The position numbers and the translations under genes were made by a program. A stretch of 64,000 nucleotides of DNA from Alkalispirochaeta sp. Lineage in GTDB: Bacteria; Spirochaetota; Spirochaetia; DSM-27196; Alkalispirochaetaceae. Shown piece after piece: positions 30,625 to 40,572 of this stretch (positions are counted from its first letter, which is position 1; every line of letters starts with the position of its first letter). The notes under the pieces were generated by a model. The model ran no database searches, was not told the origin of the DNA, and saw only the letters and a program-made list of their open reading frames with translations. The stretch is from contig OZ271854.1 in NCBI GenBank assembly GCA_965601925.1, positions 3,328,001 through 3,392,000 on the forward strand. The letters run 5' to 3'.

Positions 30625-31913
30625 CGGCGATGGTGATGTTCGCACTCGCCCCGGCATCGATACTCCTCGTACCGGTCGCGCTCCTCACCGAGTTCCGCCG
30701 CACCTCGAATGTTCCCGCGCCGCGGGGCGCGGCGCCCGTTCGCGACGGAGATCTACGCGCCGACTCGACGCCGTCCGTTGCCGCGAGCGAGGACGCCGAT
30801 CCGTTACGCGTTCTTCGCGGTATGCATCTGCAATGGTTTGCCGCCGAGGACGAAGGGCGTACCGAGGAGCCGACCGAACAGAAGATTCGCAAGTCGCGCG
30901 AAGAGGGCAAGGTAGCCAAGAGTCCCGACGTTTCGAGTGCGGTCGTGCTTCTGTGTTCGGTCGTGGCGTTGGGTCTGCTCGGACGCTTTATGCTCAACTC
31001 GATGATCGACATGACGCGGTACTATCTGGAGCGCGCCGGCGACATCGACCCGACCTCCTCCGGCATACTTATGCGAGCCTTCTACGCCTATTTCATGAGG
31101 ATCGCGCTTCCGGTCGCAATGGTCGCCTTCGCCGCCGCAATCTTCGGAAACGTCGTGCAGTTCGGGTTCCTCTTTACCACGAAGCCCATAACACCCGATT
31201 TCAATCGGATCGCACCGCGGTTCGACAAGTGGGTGCAACGGTCGTTTTTGTCGACCGAGGCGCTCTACAACTTCTTTCGAAGTCTCGGAAAGGTGATAAT
31301 CATCGGGCTTATCGCCTTCCTGATCATTCGATCCCGTTTTGATCGATTAGCCAATTTGCTGAGAGTGCCCTATCTCCTTGCCATCAATGTAGTGGCGGAG
31401 ACCGTATTTCTGCTTCTCCTGTCGGCCGCGGTTACGCTGCTGGTGTTGAGTCTCTTCGACTATCTCTTTCAACGTCAGCAACACCGTGAACAGTTGAAGA
31501 TGACCAAACAAGAGGTCAAGGAAGAGCGAAAGCAGTTCGAGGGCGACCCGCAGATTCGAAGTCGACTACGACAACGCATGCAGGAGATCATGTCGCGCAA
31601 CATGGTGCAGAACGTACAAAGCGCGGACGTGTTGGTGACGAACCCGACTCACTTTGCCGTTGCGCTCCAGTACGATTCGGCGACCATGAGTGCCCCGACG
31701 GTAACGGCGAAGGGGAGTGACGAGACCGCCTTCAGAATGCGACGTATCGCCGGTGAGGCCGAGGTTCCGATCATCGAGAATAAGCCCCTTGCGCGCGCCC
31801 TCTACGCCGAAGTGGAGGTGGGCGAACAGATTCCGGAGAAGTTTTACGAGGCGATGGTCATCGTGCTCAGAGAGGTGTATCGCATGACGGGAAAGAGGGT
31901 AGTCTATGGCTGA
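30621..31913 (+). CDS. flhB: Flagellar export switch protein FlhB
   Basis: RTEEPTEQK, EGDPQIR and the NPTH autocleavage motif. Start is either GTG 30621 (coupled to fliR) or ATG 30822. Confidence 0.96.
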   Translation: MTAMVMFALAPASILLVPVALLTEFRRTSNVPAPRGAAPVRDGDLRADSTPSVAASEDADPLRVLRGMHLQWFAAEDEGRTEEPTEQKIRKSREEGKVAKSPDVSSAVVLLCSVVALGLLGRFMLNSMIDMTRYYLERAGDIDPTSSGILMRAFYAYFMRIALPVAMVAFAAAIFGNVVQFGFLFTTKPITPDFNRIAPRFDKWVQRSFLSTEALYNFFRSLGKVIIIGLIAFLIIRSRFDRLANLLRVPYLLAINVVAETVFLLLLSAAVTLLVLSLFDYLFQRQQHREQLKMTKQEVKEERKQFEGDPQIRSRLRQRMQEIMSRNMVQNVQSADVLVTNPTHFAVALQYDSATMSAPTVTAKGSDETAFRMRRIAGEAEVPIIENKPLARALYAEVEVGEQIPEKFYEAMVIVLREVYRMTGKRVVYG

Positions 31914-34020
31914 TTCGCAACAGGCTTCGCGCCCCACTTCGCTCCTCGGCGGGCTCTTCGACGGCCATCGTAGCGACGCATTCGTAGCCTTCGGGGTGAT
32001 CGTCGTGGTGATGATGCTCATCATCCCCCTTCCGACGGTGCTTCTCGATACCTTGATGGTGACCAATCTTCTATTGAGCCTACTCATCATCTTGATCGTG
32101 CTGTACACCAAAAATGCCCTCGAGTTCTCGGTCTTCCCGACGCTGTTGCTGGTGAGTACCGTATTCGGGCTGGCTCTCAACGTCTCATCGACGAGATTGA
32201 TCCTCAGCCAGGGAGCCGCCTTCGGGGGACAAATCGTGCGCGCCTTTGCGCGCTTCGTCGTCGGATCGGAGGGCAGTGAAGGGCTCGTCATCGGATTGAT
32301 CATCTTCGTAATTCTCGTGGCGGTGCAGTTCATCGTCATAACCAAGGGCGCAACCCGGGTTGCCGAGGTCGCTGCGCGCTTCACCCTCGACTCGCTTCCC
32401 GGTAAACAGATGGCGATCGAGGCCGAATACAACAGCGGGTCGCTCACCGAAGAGGAGATGACGCGCAAGAAGACGGAGCTCGAACGGGAGGTCGATTTCT
32501 ACGGCGCGATGGACGGTGCCAGCAAGTTCGTATCGGGAAACGTCAAGGTCGGTATTCTCATCACCGTCGTGAACATCGTCGGCGGGCTGATCGTCGGAAC
32601 GACGATCCACGGAGAGCCGATAAACGCTGCGTTGGCCACCTACGTCTCTCTCACCATCGGCGACGGGCTCGTATCGCAGTTTCCGGCGCTCCTCATCAGT
32701 ACCGCGACCGGTCTTATCGTTACGCGCGCCATCTCCGACGGGACGTTCGGCGACGACATCACGAGCCAGTTCTCGCAGCAGTCGCGCGTGTACTGGATCG
32801 TCACGTTCTTTCTGATTATTCTGGCGATCCTGCCCGGTTTCCCGTGGTATGTATTGATTCCCATGGCGGGGCTCACCGCTTTTGCGGCCTTTCGCCTGCA
32901 GCGGCGCGACCAGAGAGTGGCCGCCGAGGAGGCGGCCGCGGCTCCCAAGGCGCCGGCGCAGAGCCAGGTCGAGCCGACTCACGTCGCACCCCTCGATCCC
33001 TTGTCCATGGAACTCGGTTACGGCCTTATTCCTCTGGTGGATAAGGAGAAGGGTGCGGAGCTTTTGGATCGGATCACGAGTATTCGTCGGGAGACCGCCC
33101 TTGAGTTGGGGCTGGTCGTACCGCGGATTCGCATTATCGACAACATGCGTCTTGGACCGAGCGAGTATAGCCTCAAGATACGTGGTGTGGAGGTCGGCCG
33201 CGGTTCCATAAAAATGGGGCGGTATCTCAGTATCAATCCCGGCGGGGTTCGCGAGGAGATAGCGGGCGAGGCGACGACCGATCCGGCATTCGGACTTCCC
33301 GCGACGTGGATCACCGAGGACGACAGGGAGCGCGCCGAGCGCGCCGGCTACACGGTCGTTGATCCGCCGTCCATCGCGGCCACGCACCTTACCGAGGTCA
33401 TCAAGCACAACGCTTCGGACTTGCTGGGGCGTCAGGAGGTCCGTCAAATGCTCGATCAGCTCAAACAGGACTATCCGGCGGTCGTGGATGAGGTCAATAA
33501 TGCCCTCGGTCTGGGACAGGTCCAGAAGGTGTTCCAAGGGTTGTTGATCGAACAGGTCTCGATTCGCAACCAAGTCGTCATCCTGGAGGCGTTGGCCGAT
33601 TTCGCGGCGGTGAGCAAAGATACCGGATTTCTGGTGGAAAAGGCGCGGCAGGCCTTGGGACGCCAGATATGTCTACAGTACTCCGATGACGAGCGGACGC
33701 TTCACGTAGCGACGGTCGCACCGCCGTTGGAGAACGAGATCGTGGAGAGTCGCGTCGAGACCGCCGCCGGCGCTATCGCGGCCCTCCCGCCGCCGCGCCA
33801 TCGTCGTTGGATCGAAGGGGTCTCGGCCGCGGTACACCGGATGCAGGAGCAGGGGTTTCTGCCGGTCATCCTCGTCTCCGAAGCCGCGCGGCCACTGGTT
33901 AAACAGAGCACGCGGCGCGAGATACCCGATGTGGCCGTCTTGTCCATCCCGGAGATCGCCGCCGACATTCGGGTCGAGTCGGTGGGTGAGATCGCAATAG
34001 AGGAAAGTGGGGGCACGTGA
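31906..34020 (+). CDS. flhA: Flagellar export protein FlhA
   Basis: RVAEVAARFTLDSLPGKQMAI, FYGAMDGASKFV and TIGDGLVSQ motifs. Confidence 0.98.
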   Translation: MADSQQASRPTSLLGGLFDGHRSDAFVAFGVIVVVMMLIIPLPTVLLDTLMVTNLLLSLLIILIVLYTKNALEFSVFPTLLLVSTVFGLALNVSSTRLILSQGAAFGGQIVRAFARFVVGSEGSEGLVIGLIIFVILVAVQFIVITKGATRVAEVAARFTLDSLPGKQMAIEAEYNSGSLTEEEMTRKKTELEREVDFYGAMDGASKFVSGNVKVGILITVVNIVGGLIVGTTIHGEPINAALATYVSLTIGDGLVSQFPALLISTATGLIVTRAISDGTFGDDITSQFSQQSRVYWIVTFFLIILAILPGFPWYVLIPMAGLTAFAAFRLQRRDQRVAAEEAAAAPKAPAQSQVEPTHVAPLDPLSMELGYGLIPLVDKEKGAELLDRITSIRRETALELGLVVPRIRIIDNMRLGPSEYSLKIRGVEVGRGSIKMGRYLSINPGGVREEIAGEATTDPAFGLPATWITEDDRERAERAGYTVVDPPSIAATHLTEVIKHNASDLLGRQEVRQMLDQLKQDYPAVVDEVNNALGLGQVQKVFQGLLIEQVSIRNQVVILEALADFAAVSKDTGFLVEKARQALGRQICLQYSDDERTLHVATVAPPLENEIVESRVETAAGAIAALPPPRHRRWIEGVSAAVHRMQEQGFLPVILVSEAARPLVKQSTRREIPDVAVLSIPEIAADIRVESVGEIAIEESGGT

Positions 34021-35255
34021 TGGATTATTTTGTCGAGCAGGCTGCAACGGATCAGGAGGTCCAGGCGATCATCCGGAGGAAGTACGGCGATCGCGCGCGT
34101 ATTCTTGCTCGAAAAGAGATACACACCGGCGGTATTCTCGGACTGTTTCGAAAGCGGGCGGTAGAGGTCACCGGTTACTGCAGCCACGCACCCCAAACCC
34201 GCGTGCCGGGACGGGGATCGATGGTGGAGGAGCGCCGCAAAATACTCGAAACGGTACGTCAAGGCGCACCCGCTTCACGCGCTCCCTCGAGCCGCGAGGC
34301 CGCGCCGGTCGTCGCCGCCGAACCGCGGGCGGACAAGGTCGAGAGCGGCATCGGCCTCGATGTGGTGCTCTCGGAGCTGCGCTCCCTCAAGGAGCATATG
34401 GGGCACGGCGGCCCGGGGGCGTCACCCGGCGACCACGAGACGATCGTTCGGATTCGGGATATTCTGGAGGAGAACGACTTTTCCCCCGCATATATTCGCG
34501 ATGTGATAGACCGATTACGGAGCGAATGCTCGGTGGAGGATCTTGAAAACGCCGCGGAGATCGACGAGCGCGTCGTACGGTGGATCGCCGCTTCGATTCA
34601 CGTCTATCCGTGGCAGGAGAGAGCGCGACGTCCCCACGTCTTTGTACTCGTCGGACCGACCGGCGTCGGCAAGACGACGACGATTGCGAAGCTCTCGGCG
34701 ATGTACGGCGCGGTCGCGGACCCCTCCTACGACGTGCGTATTCTCACCATCGACAGCTACCGAATCGGTGCACTGCAGCAGATCGAGAAGTACGGTGAAA
34801 TCATGAACATTCCGGTCCACGCCGTGGAGACGGCCACCGAGATGCGTAAGCTCCTCGATCTTAATCGGGAGGCCGACTTTGTCTTCGTGGACACGATCGG
34901 TAAGAGTCCCAACGATCTCACGAAGCTGGCGGAGGTAAACCAACTCATACGGAGCGCCGGAGGAGAGGTGCACTTGGCGGTCAGTGCTACAACCAAGCGG
35001 GGCGATATCGGAGAGATTCTGCGCCAGTTCGAGCCGTTCAACTATCAAGCGGTGGTCGTCACCAAGCTCGACGAGACCGCCACGGTGGGCGGGATTATCA
35101 GCGCCCTCCACGAAAAACAAAAGTCCGTGAGTTTTATTACCGATGGTCAAAGCGTGCCACAGGATATTGAACGTGCCCGGGTCGAAACGCTTATTACCCG
35201 TTTGCGCGATCTCCCCGTTCACCGGTGGGAGAGAGAAGCGAGCACGAAGGAGTAA
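34017..35255 (+). CDS. flhF: SRP-family GTPase FlhF
   Basis: [31 protein letters not shown] and GQSVPQDI motifs. Confidence 0.96.
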   Translation: MMDYFVEQAATDQEVQAIIRRKYGDRARILARKEIHTGGILGLFRKRAVEVTGYCSHAPQTRVPGRGSMVEERRKILETVRQGAPASRAPSSREAAPVVAAEPRADKVESGIGLDVVLSELRSLKEHMGHGGPGASPGDHETIVRIRDILEENDFSPAYIRDVIDRLRSECSVEDLENAAEIDERVVRWIAASIHVYPWQERARRPHVFVLVGPTGVGKTTTIAKLSAMYGAVADPSYDVRILTIDSYRIGALQQIEKYGEIMNIPVHAVETATEMRKLLDLNREADFVFVDTIGKSPNDLTKLAEVNQLIRSAGGEVHLAVSATTKRGDIGEILRQFEPFNYQAVVVTKLDETATVGGIISALHEKQKSVSFITDGQSVPQDIERARVETLITRLRDLPVHRWEREASTKE

Positions 35256-35258
35256 TTC

Positions 35259-36128
35259 ATGACGGATCAGGCAGAAACTCTCCGTGAGATCATGCGACAA
35301 CGGGGACGCGAGTCCGACGACGCGAGAAAGACCCGAATCATAACGATTGCCAGCGGCAAGGGCGGTGTCGGCAAGACGAACATCGCAACCAACCTGTCTT
35401 TAGCCTACGCCGCGATGGGACAAAAGGTCGTTCTGATGGATGCCGACCTCGGGCTTGCGAACGTCAACGTCGTCTTGGGTATCATACCCAAGTACAACCT
35501 GTATCACGTCATTCGGAAGCAGAAGCAAATGCGCGATATTCTCATGGACACCGACTACGGCATCCAGATCGTAGCCGGCGCCTCGGGATTTGCCAAGATA
35601 GCCAATCTCACCGAGGATGAACGGCAGAGTTTCATTGAGGAGCTTCAGCAGCTTTCGCACGCCGACGTCATCATCATCGACGCCGGTGCGGGTGTCGGGA
35701 ACAACGTACTCGCCTTCGTCGCCGCCGCCGACGAGGCGATCATCGTCACGACGCCGGAGCCGACGGCGATCACCGACGCGTACGGAATCATCAAGATCAT
35801 CGCGACGGAGGTCGACAACCTCAACCTCGGCCTCAAGCTCGTGGTCAATCGCGTAAAGTCGGTGACCGAGGGCAAGAAGGTGGCCGAGCGTGTGATCAAT
35901 ATCGCCGGACAGTTTCTCAATCTCAAGATCGACTATCTCGGATACGTATATGACGATCAGTCCGTACAGCAGGCGATCATCAAACAGAAGCCGTTCCTGC
36001 TGATGGACCCGCGGAGCAAGGCGAGCACGTGCGTGCAACAGATCGCCGGACGCCTGGAAAGGGTCGAGTATCGAGAAGGAGGGGGAGTTGGACAATTTCT
36101 TAAGCGCCTGTTCGGCCGATTACAGTAA
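35259..36128 (+). CDS. flhG: MinD-like ATPase FlhG (FleN/YlxH)
   Basis: DQAETLR N-terminus, SGKGGVGKT, DADLGLAN and TPEPTAITDAY motifs; C-terminal amphipathic helix. Confidence 0.96.
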   Translation: MTDQAETLREIMRQRGRESDDARKTRIITIASGKGGVGKTNIATNLSLAYAAMGQKVVLMDADLGLANVNVVLGIIPKYNLYHVIRKQKQMRDILMDTDYGIQIVAGASGFAKIANLTEDERQSFIEELQQLSHADVIIIDAGAGVGNNVLAFVAAADEAIIVTTPEPTAITDAYGIIKIIATEVDNLNLGLKLVVNRVKSVTEGKKVAERVINIAGQFLNLKIDYLGYVYDDQSVQQAIIKQKPFLLMDPRSKASTCVQQIAGRLERVEYREGGGVGQFLKRLFGRLQ

Positions 36129-36129
36129 C

Positions 36130-36159
36130 TTGACGGTAATTTTGTATATACCTTACTCT
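36130..36159 (+). promoter_or_regulatory. Sigma70-type promoter for the flgV-fliA-fapA-hsp70 sub-operon
   Basis: TTGACG (36130-36135), 18-nt spacer, TACTCT (36154-36159) in an AT-rich island. Confidence 0.6.
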
Positions 36160-36171
36160 GTAATTTGTTAG

Positions 36172-36894
36172 ATGGAACGATATGTGAAGATCGCCGTCCC
36201 TGCGGGTGTCGGCGCGCTCGTACTTTCTGTACTGGTCGGACTGATCGCCGGAGTATCGTTCGGTACCGTCGTGGTACGCGCCGTTGCATGGGCCGCTCTG
36301 TTTGCCGGTGCCGCGGTCGGGCTTGCGGCTCTCGTCGAACGTTTTATCCCGGAACTCGTGGACGGTGACGCGTCGCCGGGATCGGAGGCCGCATCGCGCT
36401 CCTCCGCAGGAGCGCGCGTCAATATCGTCGTGGAAGACGATGACACGGACGCGGGTGTCGAACGAGAGCCCGCGGCGACCGGAGCCCGCGCCACGGTTCT
36501 GCCGGTCGGAGACGACGAGAGCGACGCCGAACGGCAGGCGGGACCCGCGTCGGCGGAGTTGGTCGACGCGGTTGCAGAGCAGCTCGCCGACGACGAAGAG
36601 GCGGTGATGAGCCAGGCGATCGAAGAGGAGAGGAACGGCGCAGCGGTCGAAGTAGACGACGGCGCGATCGACGAGATGCCCGATATCGGCGCCTTTGCCG
36701 GTTCGTTCGTTTCTTCGGATTACGAACAGACCGAAGGATCGCCGGACGGGGAGATGGATGATTCCGTCTCGCTACCGGACCCCACACGAACCGACGGTTC
36801 GCGGTCAGGGGGGAGCGGCGAGGTAAATGCCGGCAATGATCCGGCTACGATCGCGCGCGCATTGCAGACGATGTTAAAACGTGACGGCGGTTAG
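36172..36894 (+). CDS. flgV: FlgV-like flagellar membrane protein (2 TM, acidic disordered tail, C-terminal helix)
   Basis: Two N-terminal TMs ending in FIPEL, acidic tail, C-terminal DPATIARALQTML; position between flhG and fliA matches that recalled for FlgV. Confidence 0.65.
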   Translation: MERYVKIAVPAGVGALVLSVLVGLIAGVSFGTVVVRAVAWAALFAGAAVGLAALVERFIPELVDGDASPGSEAASRSSAGARVNIVVEDDDTDAGVEREPAATGARATVLPVGDDESDAERQAGPASAELVDAVAEQLADDEEAVMSQAIEEERNGAAVEVDDGAIDEMPDIGAFAGSFVSSDYEQTEGSPDGEMDDSVSLPDPTRTDGSRSGGSGEVNAGNDPATIARALQTMLKRDGG

Positions 36895-36921
36895 GCCGTT
36901 CGCAGAGCACTGGGGAGGGGA

Positions 36922-37710
36922 ATGAGCGACCGCGTTCTGACCGAGAAGACAGAAGAAGAACTCTGGAGGGCTTACCGCAAGACCGGTGACGACGCCATCC
37001 GGAATCGTCTCGTGAAACAGTACCTTCCACTCGTGAAGTACGTCGCCGGCAAACTCGCCGTCGGCATGCCTCAGAATGTGGAGTTCGACGATTTGGTGAG
37101 CTACGGTGTTATCGGTCTGTTCGACGCGATCGACAAGTTCGATCCCGACAAGCACGTCAAGTTCAAGACCTACGCGGTGACGCGCGTGCGCGGTTCGATC
37201 TTTGACCAGTTACGGCAGCTCGACTGGGTTCCGCGATCGATCAGGCAGAAGACGCGTGAGTTGGAAGACGCGGTTCGGCGTCTGGAGGCGCAACTCGGCC
37301 GATCGGCGACCGACCGCGAGATCGCTCGCGAGCTGGGTATCTCGGAGCGCGATTTCGAGAAACTCATACTCAAGATAAGCGGTACGACGGTGCTCTCCCT
37401 CAACGATGTGTGGTACCCGGGGGACGACAACGACCGGATGTCCATCGGCGACAGCATCGAAAGTCCTCAAAATCGAAACCCCGACGCCATTGTAGAAAAG
37501 CAGGAGATTAAGCGCGTCATCGTTGAGGCGATCAACGATCTTCCCGATAAAGAAAAGAAGGTCCTCGTACTGTACTATTACGAAGATCTTACCTTGAAAG
37601 AGATCGGCGCCGTCCTGGGAGTGACCGAGTCCAGGATTTCTCAGCTACACACCAAGGCGATTATGCGACTCCGTGGACGGCTGACCAGTGTGAAGCGAGG
37701 TATCATGTAA
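36922..37710 (+). CDS. fliA: RNA polymerase sigma28 factor FliA/WhiG
   Basis: [36 protein letters not shown] and [20 protein letters not shown] motifs. Confidence 0.97.
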   Translation: MSDRVLTEKTEEELWRAYRKTGDDAIRNRLVKQYLPLVKYVAGKLAVGMPQNVEFDDLVSYGVIGLFDAIDKFDPDKHVKFKTYAVTRVRGSIFDQLRQLDWVPRSIRQKTRELEDAVRRLEAQLGRSATDREIARELGISERDFEKLILKISGTTVLSLNDVWYPGDDNDRMSIGDSIESPQNRNPDAIVEKQEIKRVIVEAINDLPDKEKKVLVLYYYEDLTLKEIGAVLGVTESRISQLHTKAIMRLRGRLTSVKRGIM

Positions 37711-37712
37711 CC

Positions 37713-39683
37713 ATGGTAACGATGGAGCAACTCCAGGCGTTCATGCGCAAAGCGGCTCAGGACGACAACACGAAGAAGTATGTCAACGTGAGCGGCGATA
37801 GTCTGGAAGATGCGCTCCGCGAGGCGGCCGTCGAACTCGGACTTCCCATAAAGAAGATCGAATATGAGATCTTGGAACGCGGCTCGTCGGGGATGCTCGG
37901 CATGGGGAAGCGGCCGTTTCTCCTGGTCGCCTATCCCGCACAGGTACAAGCCCAGGGAATCGTCGGCGACGACTCTTTTGATATGGATTTCGGTTTCGAT
38001 TCCGAGGACACCGCCGACGCCAACGGACAAGCCTTTGTCCGTCTCACTCCCGAAGGAATCCTGCTCAAAGTGACGCCGCCGGAGGGCGACGGGGAGCGTG
38101 TGACCGAGCGTCAGGCGATGCACGTCATCACACATCGCACCAGAGACAAGGTAGACACCTCGCTGATCGCCAAGGTCGTGAAGCGCGCCGACGCCGAGTG
38201 GGTACGGATCGGTGAGTTCATGTACAACCCTGCCAACGACGCATACGTCTCCTGCGACATCGTCGAGGCCGAAATGAAGGCGATCGTGACGTTGACCGCC
38301 CCCGGAACGGGCGGCGCCGATCCGTCGGTGGATGCGATACGCGGCGTACTGGAGGCGAGCGGCATCGTTCACGGCATCAAGGAAGATGCTCTGTCGGCGT
38401 TGGAGGACAATCCGATCTATCGCGAGCCGTTGGTTGTGGCGGAAGGTACGAAACCGCGTCACGGCGCCGATGCCCGCATGGTGTTCAACTTCAAGACCGA
38501 CTCGCGGGAGATTCACCTCCAGCAGACCAAGGACGGAAAGGTCGACTTCAAGGAACTGAACAGAATCGAGAACGTCGTCGCGGGACAGGTACTCGCTCGC
38601 AAGGTTCAACCGGAGGCCGGGGAGCCGGGCGAGACGGTAACGGGACGCATGATTCCTGCAAAAGACGGCAAAGACATACCCCCGCCCTTGGGAGACAACA
38701 CGCGACTGTCGGACGACGGGCGCAGTATTCTGGCCGAGATTAACGGTCTGGTGAAGCTCGTAAACGGCAAGGTAACCGTCGAGCCGATTTATCTGGTGGA
38801 CGGCGACGTCAACATAAAAGAGGGCAACATCCACTTTCTTGGTACCGTCATCGTCAAGGGCAGTGTCGATGACGGTTTCAGCGTGAGCGCCGCCGGCGAC
38901 ATCGAGGTCATGGGGAGTGTCGGCAGAGGCGTGCTGGAGGCCGAAGGCGACATCATCGTACACCAAGGTATCGCGGGTAAGGGCGACGGTACGGTGACCG
39001 CCGGCGGGTCGATTTGGTCCAAGTTCATCGAAAACGGTAACGCCCAGGCCGGCGAGATGGTCGTCGTCTCCGACGGTATCATCAACAGTTCCGTCTTTGC
39101 CGACAAGCGCATCATTTGCCGAGGCCGTAGAGCGTCGATCGTAGGGGGACACATTCGAGCCGCTGAAGAGGTCGACGCGAAGACGCTCGGATCGGTCGCC
39201 GGTATGGAGACGATCGTTGAGGTGGGATACGATCCCAAGAGCCGGGAGCGATTGCTCGAACTCGAGGCGTCGGACGGCGAGCTGGCCAAAAACCTGGAAG
39301 AGCTCTCGCTCAATATGTCGACGATCGAAAACATGCGCAAGAATAAGCGCAAGATCAGCCCGGAGAAGATCAAGCACTACGCCGTTATGAAGATGCAGCG
39401 CGAGAAGGTGCTCAAGAGTCGCCAGAAGATCGGACGGGATATCAAGGCGATCCAGGATTATCTCGACGAGTTGAAGACCCACGGGAGGATCAGCGTTTCC
39501 GGTACCGTCTATCCCGGTGTCAAAGTGGCGATCAAGGACGCCCAGTTGCCGGTGCGTCACGAGGCCAGGGCGGTGACCTACGTCGCCGAGGCGGGTATGG
39601 TAAAAGTCACTCGTTACGAGGAGAGCCAGGCGGATATTTCGATTCGCAAGAAGGGGGGCAGGGATGTCGATACAGCCGATTGA
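37713..39683 (+). CDS. fapA: FapA family (DUF342) flagellar assembly protein with N-terminal Jag_N-like domain
   Basis: N-terminal SLEDALREAAVELG..YEILERGSSG (Jag_N-like); VDFKELN..NV, GNIHFLGTV beta-helix, coiled coil, VYPGV. Confidence 0.88.
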   Translation: MVTMEQLQAFMRKAAQDDNTKKYVNVSGDSLEDALREAAVELGLPIKKIEYEILERGSSGMLGMGKRPFLLVAYPAQVQAQGIVGDDSFDMDFGFDSEDTADANGQAFVRLTPEGILLKVTPPEGDGERVTERQAMHVITHRTRDKVDTSLIAKVVKRADAEWVRIGEFMYNPANDAYVSCDIVEAEMKAIVTLTAPGTGGADPSVDAIRGVLEASGIVHGIKEDALSALEDNPIYREPLVVAEGTKPRHGADARMVFNFKTDSREIHLQQTKDGKVDFKELNRIENVVAGQVLARKVQPEAGEPGETVTGRMIPAKDGKDIPPPLGDNTRLSDDGRSILAEINGLVKLVNGKVTVEPIYLVDGDVNIKEGNIHFLGTVIVKGSVDDGFSVSAAGDIEVMGSVGRGVLEAEGDIIVHQGIAGKGDGTVTAGGSIWSKFIENGNAQAGEMVVVSDGIINSSVFADKRIICRGRRASIVGGHIRAAEEVDAKTLGSVAGMETIVEVGYDPKSRERLLELEASDGELAKNLEELSLNMSTIENMRKNKRKISPEKIKHYAVMKMQREKVLKSRQKIGRDIKAIQDYLDELKTHGRISVSGTVYPGVKVAIKDAQLPVRHEARAVTYVAEAGMVKVTRYEESQADISIRKKGGRDVDTAD

Positions 39684-39987
39684 TCTGCAAACTCTCTTTG
39701 TCCGGTTGAGTCAAGTCGGGCGCGAGCAAGCGGCGATCAAACAGTCGGTTGCACAGAACCAACTCGTTACGGGAAATGAAATTGCAGAGCGGTCCCAAGA
39801 GGTGGGCCACACGGTGGAGGAGACCAAAGAGGTTTCCGAAGGACCGGAAACGGTGCACGAGGACGGATCGCCGAACGAACAACCTCACGGTGAGCAGCAC
39901 CGTGAGTCGGATTCGAAGCCGGAGGAGCATGCCGATGAAGCCTTTCGCGATCCGGATCTGGGACAGAATATCGATCTCACGGGATAG
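39664..39987 (+). CDS. Conserved hypothetical protein (flagellar operon)
   Basis: MSIQPIDLQ N-terminus and DPDLGQNIDL C-terminus; overlaps the fapA end. Confidence 0.75.
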   Translation: MSIQPIDLQTLFVRLSQVGREQAAIKQSVAQNQLVTGNEIAERSQEVGHTVEETKEVSEGPETVHEDGSPNEQPHGEQHRESDSKPEEHADEAFRDPDLGQNIDLTG

Positions 39988-39990
39988 GGC

Positions 39991-40572
39991 ATGACGTTCG
40001 GCCTGTATCTCCTTCTCAACCTCGCTCTATTGAGTATCCTCGTCGTATGGTTGAGACGGCTCGTGGTACGTCGCCTCGCTCCTGAGCGCATCCTGCAGGA
40101 TTTGTACGGTGAAATTCAAACCCTCGTCGCCGAGGTCAATCAGACGAGCGACCACAACGTATCCATCATAGAGGACCGGATCTCGTCGCTCCGTGAGCTG
40201 GTGCATAACGCGGATCGGCAAATTGAAGAGTTGGAGGGGCTTCTGCAACGAGTCACCGAAACGGTACCGGAGGAGGTCTATTCTCTTCCGTTGCCGACGA
40301 CGCGGCACGAGGAATCAGCGTCGACCGACGATTCCGGAAGGTCTGCCGATGAGACGCTATCCGCCGTAGGGGGCGGCGTGGGGGCGATGGACGACCAGCG
40401 GCGGAACGCTTCCGACGATCCACCCAGCGCAGCGGAGAAGGACCGCCGAACGAGAGTGGCGGAGCTCTACGAGCAGGGACTTTCCACCGAGCTGATCTCG
40501 TCCCACACCGGCGTCGCGATCGGTGAGGTCGAGTTGATTATCTCTCTGATACAAGGGCGGGCGCGACGATGA
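39991..40572 (+). CDS. Membrane-anchored coiled-coil protein with C-terminal HTH-like motif (DUF6115/SwrB-like)
   Basis: N-terminal TM, coiled coil, C-terminal LYEQGLSTELISSHTGVAIGEVELIISL. Confidence 0.7.
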   Translation: MTFGLYLLLNLALLSILVVWLRRLVVRRLAPERILQDLYGEIQTLVAEVNQTSDHNVSIIEDRISSLRELVHNADRQIEELEGLLQRVTETVPEEVYSLPLPTTRHEESASTDDSGRSADETLSAVGGGVGAMDDQRRNASDDPPSAAEKDRRTRVAELYEQGLSTELISSHTGVAIGEVELIISLIQGRARR

